The notes below the pieces were generated by a model that worked only from the letters and a program-made list of their open reading frames with translations, did no database searches and was not told where the DNA came from. DNA of 62,904 nucleotides, counting the filler, from Chrysochromulina tobinii (taxonomy: Eukaryota): assembly GCA_001275005.1 (NCBI GenBank). It is 10 parts of 10 records of this genome, joined end to end, with 100 filler letters (N's around TTAATTAATTAA, not from the genome) between each part and the next. Parts side by side here need not be neighbours in the genome. Positions count along the whole stretch, not along the records: positions 1 to 16,642 come from JWZX01000392.1; 9 more parts are not named here. One strand, written 5' to 3'. Every line of letters starts with the position of its first letter. Positions within the stretch are counted from its first letter, which is position 1. The position numbers and the translations under genes were made by a program. Positions 1 through 11,145 of the stretch are shown here, piece by piece.

Positions 1-401
1 CGTCGGCGCCGAGACGGTGGAGTCTCGGATGCCAGTGAGGAGAAAAAGGTCAGTTCGTCGACTAAATCTGAGGCGTACAATGCCGTGCCCCCACGTAAGT
101 CGTAACCCCCACCGGCCGACACTCGCGGTGGCGCAGGGGGCAGCCCGAACATCGTACGAACATCGTACGAACATCGTTTTGAGAGGGCTTGTTCCGCATA
201 GGCCCGCATACGATCTTCTTACTTCTATGACAGCCATCATGTTGTCGCCCTGAACCTAAAAGATGTCCTAATTCATTGCTGAAAGACAGACGCGTTGCTC
301 ACGCAGACCGGCGCTCATCTGGATCTGCCAACTGCATCATCCAGCTCGAGCTCCTGTTTCCGAGTCTCCTGAGACTTAACTACGTTGCACGCCCCGACGA
401 G

Positions 402-1238
402 TCAGCCGGCAGAAAGTCGGATCTTGTCGCCACAGCGCCAGAGTTGGGCGCTGTTGCTCGGCGGCGCGCCCACATCTGGCGTCGCGACCCCTGTGGGCTC
501 GGCGGCGGTCGGCGGCGGTGTGATGGGAGTGAGTCGCACAACAACACGCCGTCCCATCTCGACGATCAGGCGAACGGCTACCAACCGAGCGGCCACGTAC
601 GCTGGCGGTGGCGGCGCGGGCAGCGAGGCGACGCCCGTGGCGGTACACCTCGCGGCCAGCTTGCTCACCGCCGCCTCCGCCAGCGCTGCAACCAGGATCA
701 TCTCCGTCTTTTCCTTAGCTGTCTCCTCGTGCTGCTCCCAAACGAAGCCGAGCGAGGTGTACAAGCCGAGCGCGGCCTTGTTTGCCTCGGAGCCGGCGAT
801 CTGCAAGTAGACATCCTTGGGCTTGCCCGACACGAGCGCAGCGCCCATCAGCTGGCGGCCCATTCCACACGAGCGATAGTCGGGCATCACCCACACGAAA
901 TCGATCGACAGGTCGGTAGTGCGCTTCTTCTGGTTGAAGCGGAGGGAGCGGCGGACGACGCCGACCGGCCGCCGGCCACCCTTGCGCGTCGGGACGGTGG
1001 CAACGAGCAAGTCGCGTGGGAAGAGCTGCTTGTCGCGCGATTCGAAGATCTTTGCGATGAAGTTCCTGTCGTGCTTCAGCTTCCGCAGGGCGCCGAGCAC
1101 GTCGCCAAGCTCCTCGATCGAGGCGCTCGGTCCAATCTCGAAACCGTCGGGCAGCGTGCGGCGCTCGGAGTTGCCTGCGGTCCACGCGATGTAGTCCGCG
1201 CGCCGAGCCGACATCTCGTGCTCGTTGCGCACGTTCAT
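402..1238 (-). CDS. GNAT-family N-acetyltransferase
   Basis: Motif A 'IDFVWVMPDYRSCGMGRQLM' (V..dyRg.GiG..L) and motif B 'NKAALGLYTSLGF' in the translated ORF. Confidence 0.8.
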   Translation of the reverse strand: MNVRNEHEMSARRADYIAWTAGNSERRTLPDGFEIGPSASIEELGDVLGALRKLKHDRNFIAKIFESRDKQLFPRDLLVATVPTRKGGRRPVGVVRRSLRFNQKKRTTDLSIDFVWVMPDYRSCGMGRQLMGAALVSGKPKDVYLQIAGSEANKAALGLYTSLGFVWEQHEETAKEKTEMILVAALAEAAVSKLAARCTATGVASLPAPPPPAYVAARLVAVRLIVEMGRRVVVRLTPITPPPTAAEPTGVATPDVGAPPSNSAQLWRCGDKIRLSAG

Positions 1239-1614
1239 ATGATATGATGGCTGCTTCTACGCCTCTGTCCGCCGAGACTGTCTGTCCTGTCTCTCACTCA
1301 CTCGCACGGCAAGCAACGCGCCTTGTGTCCAAACGCCGACGGTCAGACCTGCAGGTCAGACCTGGCCTTTGGAACGGACTTGATTTCATTATGAATTCAC
1401 ACCAACCCTCAAAGTTTCACAGGTGTGTCCCAGAAAGTCTGATTCACCCATGTGCTCGAATCACACTCATAAAAAATAAAAGAATCACACTCATAAAAAA
1501 GCCTTTCTTTTAAATTCCCCCCCTATCTCGCCGTCGCTCCCCATCGGAGAGGCAGAGGGCCGAGAGGGCCAGGGCCGAGTTGGTCATCCGGTCTCCGCGT
1601 CTCCCCCTCGGCGC

Positions 1615-3431
1615 TCAGCCATGCCCACATCCCTCAGCCGCGCCCACCATGGCGCCCACTCCCCGAGCCGCGCGCGAGCCCACTCCCGCGACGCTCTCGA
1701 CGACCTGCCTGCGCTTCTCGACGGAGTTGAGGAAGGCGCCGTGGTCGAGACCCTCCCAGAGGACCGCGCGCAGCTCTCGCCGCAGCCCGTGCTCCTGCTC
1801 GCGTGCATTGATGGCCGCCTGCGCGTCGGCATAGATCGTCTCGCCGTCCACGTACCGATCGTGCTGTGCGACGAAGAGGGTGACATGCTGCTCGGGCGAG
1901 CGTACCCCACGGTCGAGGTCGTCCGCATCCAGCCAGAGCACATTCTCCCACCAGAAGAAGTTGCGCATGAGCACACCCACGAGCCGCGGGTCCGAGTGGA
2001 TCAGATAGTCCTTGATCCGGCCAATCAACCGTCGCTTGGCGGAGATGCGTCGCTTGGCGGCGTTCTTCCCAAAGACGGCGGGCTCGTAGACAAAGCTCTT
2101 GCAAAGAGTGGACCGGTGCGCACCCACGCACACTGGGTCAACGAGCGTCGCAGAGCGCACGCACTCGCCCGCGTGCTTGAGCAAATGGGCCACCGCAAAG
2201 GTGCCGTACGAGTGCCCGATCACATCGGCTGTAAGTGATTTCCAAGTGCTGATCGCGGCCACGTCGTCGAGCATTGCGCGCACCATCAGCACGCTCACCG
2301 CCGGGTTGGCGCCATAGTCCACCGGCATGGTCAATCGAATGTGGGGCAACTCGACGGCGACGATCGTGCGCTCGCCGCCCGCATGGGCAGCGAGATCCGC
2401 CAAGAGCGGTGCGTAATTGACTGCGCGAGGGCGCGAGACGCGAAATACCAACGCGCAGCAAGTCAGTGCACGCGGCGGCGCGCGGGGCGGCGCGGCGGCG
2501 CGGCGAGCTGAACGGGCGCGGCACCGCCGCAGCTACAGTCGCATGGCGTGGAGCTCGTCAGGGGTGGAGTTCGTCAGGGTTCGTCAGGGTACGTCAGGGT
2601 TCGTCAGGGTGGAGTTCGTCAGGGTGGAGTACGTCAGGGTTGGAGCCCATGGAGCTTGTCAGGGGTGGAGTGCGGGCTCGATGGCTCAGGGGTCTGCAGC
2701 GCACCGCTGTACCCGAGCCCAATGCCATGGAACAGAACAATCGGAGGCGCTTCGGGCGCGTCCGGGCGGCTCGGCGGGCGATGCCAGTAGCGCAGTCGCT
2801 CGCCCGGGTGCTTGGCACTCTTCGCCGTGCGCGGCGCGAAGCCCAGCTCCCTTAGCATCCGCCATTGGCTCCATCGGCCAACTAGGAGCTGCGTGAGAAG
2901 GTAGAGGACCAGCGGTTTGTGCTTGGTGAAGGGAGCGAGCGGGTCGACGTTGGGGCGCATGCAGAAGAGGCCGCGCGTGCGCCCCTCATTCGGTGTGAGC
3001 GACGTCATTCGAGTCGAACCAAAGGGGCGGCCGCTGAGCTGCTCGAACGTGGCAATGTCCTCCTCCAACTCGGCGCGCTCGCCAGTCGAGCAAGCTTCCC
3101 AGGAGGCCCGGTTGAACCAGGCCCAAGCCAACCAGGTTTGCACAGCTTCGCGGTCGATTTCGTTCCATGGTGCGCCGTGGAACCATCCCGAGATGAAGCG
3201 CTGGCCACGTTCGGGCGTGGAGCCGTCCCCGAATTCAGTGCTCAAGATACGACTGACCTGCTTGCGGCGGAGCTCAGTAGTGAAGGCGGTCCCTGAAGGC
3301 GGACTCGTCTCGCTTGCAAAGAGTGGCGGCGGCACGCCGAGACGACTTTGCTGCGCGCGACTCCACACAAAGAAGGCCCCTTCCGCACAGAGGAAGCAAG
3401 CTGCAGCCCGTGCGGCGTTGCCATGAAGCAT
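1615..3431 (-). CDS. Alpha/beta-hydrolase fold protein, 2 exons (intron 2421..2704)
   Basis: 'PIVLFHGIGLG' oxyanion region in the 3431-2705 exon; GHSYG nucleophile elbow, 'TLVDPV' and C-terminal 'HGAF' in the 2420-1615 exon. Removing GTGCGC...CGCAG (2704..2421) joins the frames as ...GLGYS|VNYAPLL... Confidence 0.8.
2548..2670. repeat. Intronic tandem repeat (CGTCAGGGT core)
   Basis: Eight or so copies of GTCAGGG with variable GGAGT/TT/TA spacers, inside the hydrolase intron. Confidence 0.9.
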
Positions 3432-3797
3432 GTTGGTGAGCTATCGGAATCCGGACGAGAGGTAATCGCACGCGAGTGCGAGGTAACACGGGATCGGTTG
3501 GATTGCAATGAACTTGCCAATTCGATGAGCGAGCGAGCGAGCGTGCGTGCGAACGACGATGTCCTCGGGCCGGTGTGCAGAGGCGAGGCGACGACCCTGT
3601 GGGCTGGCGGAGATGAGATTGCGTTTTGATGAAACATGCAAAAATTCCTCATATTTGGAATTGTCTATTGTGAGATGGAAGCTGCATGATGATGATGAGA
3701 CGGGGGCGTTGAGGTACAAAAAAGCTGTTTCGCGATCACGGGAGACGCACGGGGAGACGAGGATTGCTTTATTACCCCTCTGCTGGCTGCTGCGCTT

Positions 3798-5667
3798 TCA
3801 TCGAACGAAGCAACGCGAATGGTCACCTCCAGCTATCGGCATGCTCGCATGCATGCTTGCAGCTTTGGCCTGTCGCGCCGCATCGCACGCCACGCCCAAT
3901 AGATAGTCGGGTGCCGTAAGCCGCACATCGAGGCTGCTGCTGCTGCTGCTGCTGCTGCCGCTGCTGCCGCTGCTACCGCTACCGGTGCCAGGCGAGCGGC
4001 ATACGAATGCGTCCCGGACATCGCGTAGGGCTTGTAGCTTGCCAAGCGCCTCGGCCTCGCTGATGGCCTCGAGCTGGTCGAGAACAGGGGCGAGGCGCTG
4101 GCGGACGGTTGTCTCGGAGACGAGGTAAGCGATCAAGCACCTGCTCAGAGGGATGGGATCTAATGAGATCTAATGGGATCTAATGAGATCTAATGAGCTC
4201 AGAGGGATGGGATCCTCATCAAAGCCCTGCATCAAAGGCCATCAGACTGGCGCTCAGAGGGTGGATCGCGCACCAATCCAGCCAGGATGTGTACGGCAGG
4301 AAGCGTGAGAGCCGCTGCCCCAGTCCATGCGACTCATCCATGGAAGCATTCAGGCGGGCCCGGTCGGGTGAGGGTCGCTTGGAATGCAGGGGCGGCACGA
4401 CAATGATGGGGATGCAGCCACCCGCGCCGCCGATGGCCACCGCCTCCGCAATCTTCTTGGTCGACCAAGTGTCCCCGGGTGCGACCAAGCAGAAGCGATG
4501 GGCCATCGCTCGGCCTAGGTACGCGTCGTCTTGCTGCCCGTGTGCAGCCATGTGGCTGCGTCCATCGGTGTGGCCTTGGGCTGCGATGAAGCGGCGCGAG
4601 CTTGTGGCATCTGCTTCCATATCAGGTAGCTCGGACGTAAAGTTCACCAGCTCCAAGTAGGGTTTGCAGCGCTGCCGGAAGCTGCGTAGTGCCGCGCTGT
4701 CGGAGCGCGTACGGAGGAGGCTCGCGTCACAAGAGCTCTCCCTGCCGCAGCCGAGGGCGTGGCAATGCGTCCCAAGGAAGCTGACCAGCCCACTCACATG
4801 GCCATTGTACACGCTCCCCTGAACTGAGCGGATGCGCTCGAGCTTCGCCTCACCCTCGAGGGCGAGCGCGCGTCGGCGCAGCTCGAGGTCGCTCAGCAGG
4901 CACGTCCGATACGAGCCGATGGTGCACAGGATCGTCCATGAGGTGGCGGTGACGCGCGGGTCGCGCCTCAACTGCTTCCAGATGAGGTATCGCGTCGGCT
5001 TTATAAAGAGTTTCGGCACGTGCCCCGCGAAGAAGAGCAGCTTACGCCGCGACCACGGCACGATGGGCGGCGGTTGCTCTGTAGCGCCGCCAGCGCCGCC
5101 AGCGCCCGCGCGCTCCGCGTCCCCGGCCGCGTCCCCGGCCGTTGCTCCGTTGCCATCGCCGACCAGCCACGCAGGCGATGCGACCACGAAGGGCGTCACC
5201 TGCACGGAGGGCGGGTCGGCGCTGCGCATCGCCTCGGCGAGAGTGACAATGTTGCGCGGCTTGAAGGAGCCCCGGGTGTCCGCCCACGGCACACCACACA
5301 TGTTTGCCTGGAGAACGACCAAGATTGCGCCGTCATCCCAGCTCGCATTGGCGGCGCCGTGCGGCCAGAGCGTTCGGTCGCTCAGCATCTTGTACCAATT
5401 CGTGCGGCGCATGAACGTCTTGCCCGCGACGCAAAAAAGCGAGAAGTTGGCCACTGCGACTACCAAATCTGCCTCGCTGCGAGTGTACGTTCTCCACGGC
5501 GAACGCTTGGCTGCCTCAGCGAGGTGCAGCTCCATGGCGTATTGGTGAGAAGGCCATGCCGCCGGCTGCCGGTGAGCCGCCAGCGGCTGATGCAGCTCGT
5601 GCACGTAGACCTTGCAGTGCTGCGCGGCGAGTACGTGGGTCGTGCTAGCCGCCCTCGACGTACGCAT
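3798..5667 (-). CDS. Exostosin-like GT47 glycosyltransferase, 2 exons (intron 4141..4273); start uncertain (ORF open to 5790)
   Basis: 'RRKLLFFAG', 'HRFCLVAPGDTWSTKKIAEAV...GCIPIIV' (GT47 FCL.P.GD...EA...GCIPV signature). Splicing 4273..4141 restores 'LPYTSWLDW|CLIAYLVSE'. Confidence 0.8.
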
Positions 5668-5825
5668 TTTCGTCAAGAGAAAAGCCTGGTATGTGCAGGA
5701 TGCATGCCAAAAAATCGCTGGCTTTTTAGTATTTCGATCACCCCTATTAAGGCCAAAAGTTTTCACACGCGGTCGCCAGTTTTCACACATCGAGATTTCG
5801 CGCGAGAGCCACTTTTCACACGTCC

Positions 5826-7094
5826 ATGCCTGTCAAAGGCAACGAGTACTACAAGACGCGCGTCGATGCACGACGATGGCAGTTATCGCTCGACCCGTTC
5901 GACCCGTCCACTCTCGCGCGTTGCACGCACGTCGCCAAGAGTTGGCTTGCGCTTTCGGACAATCCATCGGGCTCACCAATCCTCATGACGTATGCAACGA
6001 GCGTGGAGCCCCGATGGCTCCTCGGCCTTTCGGCGGCGAGTCACCGCGTGCCGCTAGTACTTGTTGGCCCGTCAATGCCCGCGTGGAAGTGGTATGAGGG
6101 CGGCGCGACGAGAAAGGTGCCCGGGGTGCTGCGAGCTCTCCAGGTTCTCCACGAGGTGCTGCCGCATGCTCCCGTTGCGCTCGTTGACAGCAGCGACCTG
6201 CTCATAGCGAATGAATTCATGCCGGAGCATGCGGAGCTCGTCCGCAACCTTGGCCCACAGTCCGTGATGGCTGGTGGAGAATGCAACAGCTGGCCAGTTT
6301 GCTACCGCAGCCTCTACGCTTCTCACCCCGAGTTCCAGCGATGCGTGGCGGCGCGGCACGCTCCGTGCTACCCTAATTTCGGCGTGCAGATCGCGCCCTC
6401 TCCGGGCACGCTGCGCGAGTACCTTCGCAGCCTGCTCTCCATGCTCGAGGCCACGCGCCGCCTGCCCACACCCGCTGAGCGCGGCTATGATCAGGCCGCG
6501 CTCCATCGGCTCTACCTCGGCCAAGGGGGAGTGGGCCAAGGGGGAGTGGCCAGCCCTCTGAACGACGAGGTGACCAAATATCGCACGAACCGCTCCGCAA
6601 GCGCTCCACTCGGCCCGCGGCTTCGAGTGGATGGCGAGTCGTCGCTCGTGCTTCAGCTGTGGAGTTGCAGTGCCGACGGTCCGAGCACACGTTCTCGTGG
6701 CGGCAAGGGAGGCTGGGAGTATTGCAGTGACGTGCGGCACGAGCCTCTTACGCGGATCTCGACGGTGACCGGCTCGGCACGCAGCGTGACGCTCCGGTAC
6801 AATGGAAGTGAAGGCGTGGTCACACGGCCATGGCTGCTCCACGCCAACGGCCGGCATTCCCACATGGGCGCTCCCGCTCTGCAACGGCTCCTCCGACACT
6901 ATGTGGGAGTGGCCCCGGGGCCGAGCTCGCTGCCGCCTGCGCAAGGCGAGCACGCTCGTGCAGCAGCGCTGCCGCTCATGCCGGACGATGTGCGATGGGG
7001 CCATCCGGTGCTCGTGCTCGAGTCGTATAGCGAGGGAGCGTGCTTCACGACCACGCTCGGCTGGCTTCTCAACAGGAGCAGCGCGGCATATTGA
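5826..7094 (+). CDS. Glycosyltransferase resembling the PLOD/procollagen galactosyltransferase GT domain
   Basis: 'VALVDSSDLLI', 'VMAGGECNSWP', 'YPNFGVQI', 'DQAALHRLY', 'LLHANG' match the D..D / .E..cWP / ylNsG / DQ / HgNG motif order of this family. Confidence 0.65.
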   Translation: MPVKGNEYYKTRVDARRWQLSLDPFDPSTLARCTHVAKSWLALSDNPSGSPILMTYATSVEPRWLLGLSAASHRVPLVLVGPSMPAWKWYEGGATRKVPGVLRALQVLHEVLPHAPVALVDSSDLLIANEFMPEHAELVRNLGPQSVMAGGECNSWPVCYRSLYASHPEFQRCVAARHAPCYPNFGVQIAPSPGTLREYLRSLLSMLEATRRLPTPAERGYDQAALHRLYLGQGGVGQGGVASPLNDEVTKYRTNRSASAPLGPRLRVDGESSLVLQLWSCSADGPSTRSRGGKGGWEYCSDVRHEPLTRISTVTGSARSVTLRYNGSEGVVTRPWLLHANGRHSHMGAPALQRLLRHYVGVAPGPSSLPPAQGEHARAAALPLMPDDVRWGHPVLVLESYSEGACFTTTLGWLLNRSSAAY

Positions 7095-7905
7095 CTCAAT
7101 AGGAGCTGAGTCAAAGTGCGCGCGCCGTGGTCGCTTCATCAACAAACCAGTCTAAAATACTCGTATTGCTCGAAACTGCCTGACTGACTGACTGAGTGGC
7201 CCCAAACGATACAAGCAGTGAATAAACTCCCACCTGGAAGCCACAAGCTTATTTATCGTCGAACGTCAACAACATACAGCGCCTGTGGCTGAGTGCTGCT
7301 CATCTGTCAATGGTGCCTCGCTCCGATTGGGCGACATTTCCCAGCGTTCCGTGACGAGAGGGGACGCCGGAGGCGTCACAGAAGCCAGTTCGCATGCAAT
7401 TTTGTTGAGGAGGATCGAGTAATTGGGTGCCCTATAGTCAGCTGCATGCAGCAGCAGACTGGGCCTCGATGCAGAGCGCCGCAGGTGTTGCAAAAGTGCG
7501 GCGCCGGGACGTCCTCGGGCTCGTTAATGTCGTCGGTCCATTGATTCATGGCATGGCTGCACCGTGGACTCAGTGACGTCGCTGCGTCGCATATGAGCCC
7601 TGGTGGTGTCTCCATGATTTCGTCGGCGCGCCATCGAGCCTCGTACCTCGGAGAGAAACAAAAGCCACCACTGGGTCGAGCCTCATCGACATCATCATCA
7701 ACGTGCGCCGACTGTCCCCTTTGCCGAGTGGTCACGAGCCACGGCGGCAAAGCGTCACGGTCTTGTTCATCCGCATGGTTTGGAGAATAGCCCGCGCTCA
7801 GCACCCCCGCGCGCGCTCTAGGGAAAACCAAATTTGGGGTATCCGAGCATCTTTCGTGAGGGGCCCAACCCGGCGCCCGACCTACAAGGTGATGTTTCGT
7901 GAATT

Positions 7906-9613
7906 TTGCGAGCGCTTCGTTTTGTTTTCTTGCAGTTCACAAACAGAGCGCGTGCGGATCCGTGTGTGCTTGCAACTGTAGAGTGCTTTGCAGCTGAGTG
8001 CTTGCAGCTGATGTGCCTGGGCTGTACCAATCCAACAGTGGCTTTCACCTGGTTCGGTGCCTTTCTTGTGAATGCGGCCTTCATCATCCTCATCTCGTGG
8101 GGCGCCGCAGTCTTCTGGCCCGTCGGGCTTGCATTCGCCCTCTTCTACACCGCGCTCCTCTTCGGGGCGGCTATTTACGTGAAGAGGAGTCGCAAGGACA
8201 TGCCCAGCTTTGTCACGGACATCCTCCTTCTGCTGGGCGTGATCGGCATCGGTGCAAGCGGATCACTGCTCTGCTTCAACTTGTTCGGATGTGGCGCGCC
8301 TCGATCGTACGGAGATGGCAGCGGCGGTGGTCTGATCCAGTGGAACTTCCCCGCTGGAGCTTCCAGTGATGCGGACATCTTGATTTGGGCGAACCAGCCA
8401 TCCTGGCAACAGGGGAATGGGGCTAGTTTCGTTGTCCATCCTGTGACGACCGCTCTCTTCTTTCGCGGACAAACGGCGCCTGGCGTCGCGGAAGCTCCAC
8501 AGGAGGTGCTCTGGATGGATCCGAGGCGGTCTGTCGCCCGCTCAGCTAGACGCGACGCTCACGTATCCGACACACCTCGTGATGATCGCGCAGCGGGTGT
8601 GCTTCGTCGCCGCTTCGGCAGTCCACTGTTACGCATCCGATGGCTCCAACTACACGACGATCAACTTCGCCAGTGCCAGCAACGCAAACCCGCGGGCGCT
8701 CAAAGCCAGCAACGGGAGCCTCTTCTTCAAGGCAGATGCTCCTTATGGCTATGCGGGCGAATTGGGCGTCGTGTACAGGTCAGACCCACCGTTCACCACG
8801 GCCACGCTACTGTCGGTACCGAACTCGGGCAGCGTGCCGCCGCCGTCACCCCCCGTGGCCCCAGGCACGGTGCCCGGCGGCGATGGGTGCGACAACGTGG
8901 TTGGCTTCCGAACGATGGCCATTGCTTTCCTTTTCATCACGTCGTTGCCGGTGCTACTCACCTCGGTGACGATCTGGTCTAAGCTTCGCATCCCCTCGAT
9001 GTCCTTCGCTACCTTCTGTGGCGTCTCTGCCGTCGTCATCAACGTCTACGCCCTCATCGACCCCGCCGGCTCCGTCGCGGACATCTTCATCCGTTGGTGG
9101 TTCTTTGCGTTCAGCACGGCCTGGCTCGTCGTGTACGTGGTGCTCAAGCTGCAGAATCGCATCGACTTGACGACGTTCCGGTGGGCGGTGGATGTTGGCT
9201 GCATCGCATACGTCGCCTCGATGCACGCCATCGTCCACGTGCCCTTCACGACCGACTGGTGGCGCTGGGTCATCTACCAATTCACGATGCTCTTGCCGAT
9301 GGTGATCCTCGCGCTCGTCTCGACGAACACGACGACCGGCCTGCCCACATTCCTCGTGGGCCTCGCCATCTTCGTCGATGCGTGGAAGATCACTATTGAG
9401 ATGAGGTCATTCATGACTTCCGACCCCACGTTCCAGACCTTCATCACGTTCGCCTTCCTCGGTGGGATTGGGTTCGTCATCATCTTCGCCGCTATGTCTT
9501 ACAACAAGTACAAGGACGCCATCACACAGGCAGTGGATCGCTTCGCCGCAACCTTTGTGCCAATGAGGAAGCCCTTCAAAACGCTTAATGAGGAAGCGAT
9601 CCAAATGAGTTAA
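7906..9613 (+). CDS. Multi-pass membrane protein, apparent 1-nt frameshift near 8520
   Basis: Hydrophobic helices in both the 7906.. and 8579..9613 ORFs. The second frame reads plausibly upstream to ~8525 (GGLSPAQLDATLTYPTHLVMIAQ). 5' end uncertain. Confidence 0.6.
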
Positions 9614-9850
9614 TGGTCCATTCATAACGTGTGCAAAGTGGGCCTGGGCCGCGCCGCCGTGCGATGCACAGATGTGACCGGGCTGTCGCATGCCGTGCTG
9701 TCGTGAATATGTCGTGCGTGAAGATATGCGGTCCTGTAACAGTCCGTCGGGTCGATGTGTCGAAGCACGAAGGAGGCCGTGAGGCGTACTTTGAAGTCTA
9801 TTCGCGGCAAGCAGTTCAAGTCGAGTCGACTTGACTTGCGTTGAGTTGAC

Positions 9851-10369
9851 TTGAAAGTGCGTGCATGCAACCGTACGCGGTCCGAAAAGTTCTCGTATTC
9901 TCGTGTGAGCAAAACCGCTCTGCGAGCCGACCTCAGCGGACTTGTGATGGCTGACGATGCGGCGACCCTGCATCGCGCCGTGGAAAAGATTCGCGTCACG
10001 CACGCAGCTGCCCTGGCCGCGCTAGCGGCGTTCGAGCGCGCAATGCCGCCGATTCCACCGCGGCCGACCATCCGCTTTGGCCGACTAGGGGACGCCGTCA
10101 TGGGGGACGTCACCACACTGCAGCCGTACTTCGTGCACGGCGCGGCAGACTCACAGAGCCCGCTGATCTTTTCTTCGGGGCCGGTTGAGCACGACTTCCT
10201 CACTAGCCATCGCGGCTACTCGCAGGACTGCCTCGATGACGACACGGCCACGCCCAAGGAACTCGTACTTAGCAAGCGCGCCGGCTGCCTGCACAATGTG
10301 GATGGCGTGTATGCTGCCATTCCATACCTGGCACCTCGCGCGCCCAGCGAGATGATTCGCTGCTATTGA
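9851..10369 (+). CDS. Hypothetical protein
   Basis: 172-aa ORF with protein-like composition; no recognised motif. Confidence 0.35.
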   Translation: MKVRACNRTRSEKFSYSRVSKTALRADLSGLVMADDAATLHRAVEKIRVTHAAALAALAAFERAMPPIPPRPTIRFGRLGDAVMGDVTTLQPYFVHGAADSQSPLIFSSGPVEHDFLTSHRGYSQDCLDDDTATPKELVLSKRAGCLHNVDGVYAAIPYLAPRAPSEMIRCY

Positions 10370-11145
10370 GCAGAGGGCGGCGATGGGAAACGACATCCGA
10401 GAAGCGTGGCGTGTGTATCCACTTCTGACTGCTGTGGCACCTGCACACGCACACGAATCACGATCTCTCGACGCACGTGCGCAGTGCGGGCCGATAAAAA
10501 GTGTACAAGTGTGCGACCCGGACCAAATACTCCCCCCACCGCACACCCTGCTTACATTTAGATGGTTTCGACGAAATTCGTTTTTGAGACAATGCATCGA
10601 ACGATGATACATGTCCGACCGACGGCTTACGGTCGACTTCTGATCCCGCCTCCCCGCTGGCAGTGCTGCGCCCGTGCACTCCTCACGTCAAGCTCTTCCG
10701 ATCTCACGTGTCACATGCGGTCGCCCCAGATCGGCTGTATCCAACCGCCGTCCGACCGCCCGAGCCTCAAGCTCCAAACCAAGCCATCCCCACGTGAACG
10801 CCCACACACTCTCTATCCCTCATGTACCTGCTTCCTCCGCGCGCTACTTATATTCGCGCGCCGCCCGCTCCCACTTCGCTAACGCAGGGTTCGCCTTCAT
10901 GCTCAGTTGCATTCATGGTGTGGTGATGTCGCCGTCTTGATCGGCGGCATGCATGGTCTAACCGTCACCAACCGTTCTCGGCTGCTCTCACCTTCCCAAG
11001 CCAACCGTCCTTGGCTCTCGATGCCTGTCACCACTCATCGGCGGTCTTCGCCAGTTTCACAGTCCGCCTATAACCATCCCTCTCCGCTGTGAATGTGTCC
11101 ACGGGGAATAAACGGAAGCTGCCTGAGTCGGAGAGCCGTGTCGGT

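Noticed and set aside
3798..7094. Head-to-head GT47 and PLOD-type GT as a biosynthetic cluster
   Set aside because: These families are common in algal genomes and genes here are densely packed, so two neighbours are weak evidence.
8500..8580. Frameshift in the membrane protein gene as programmed recoding
   Set aside because: No slippery heptamer seen; a single-base sequencing indel or pseudogenisation is simpler.
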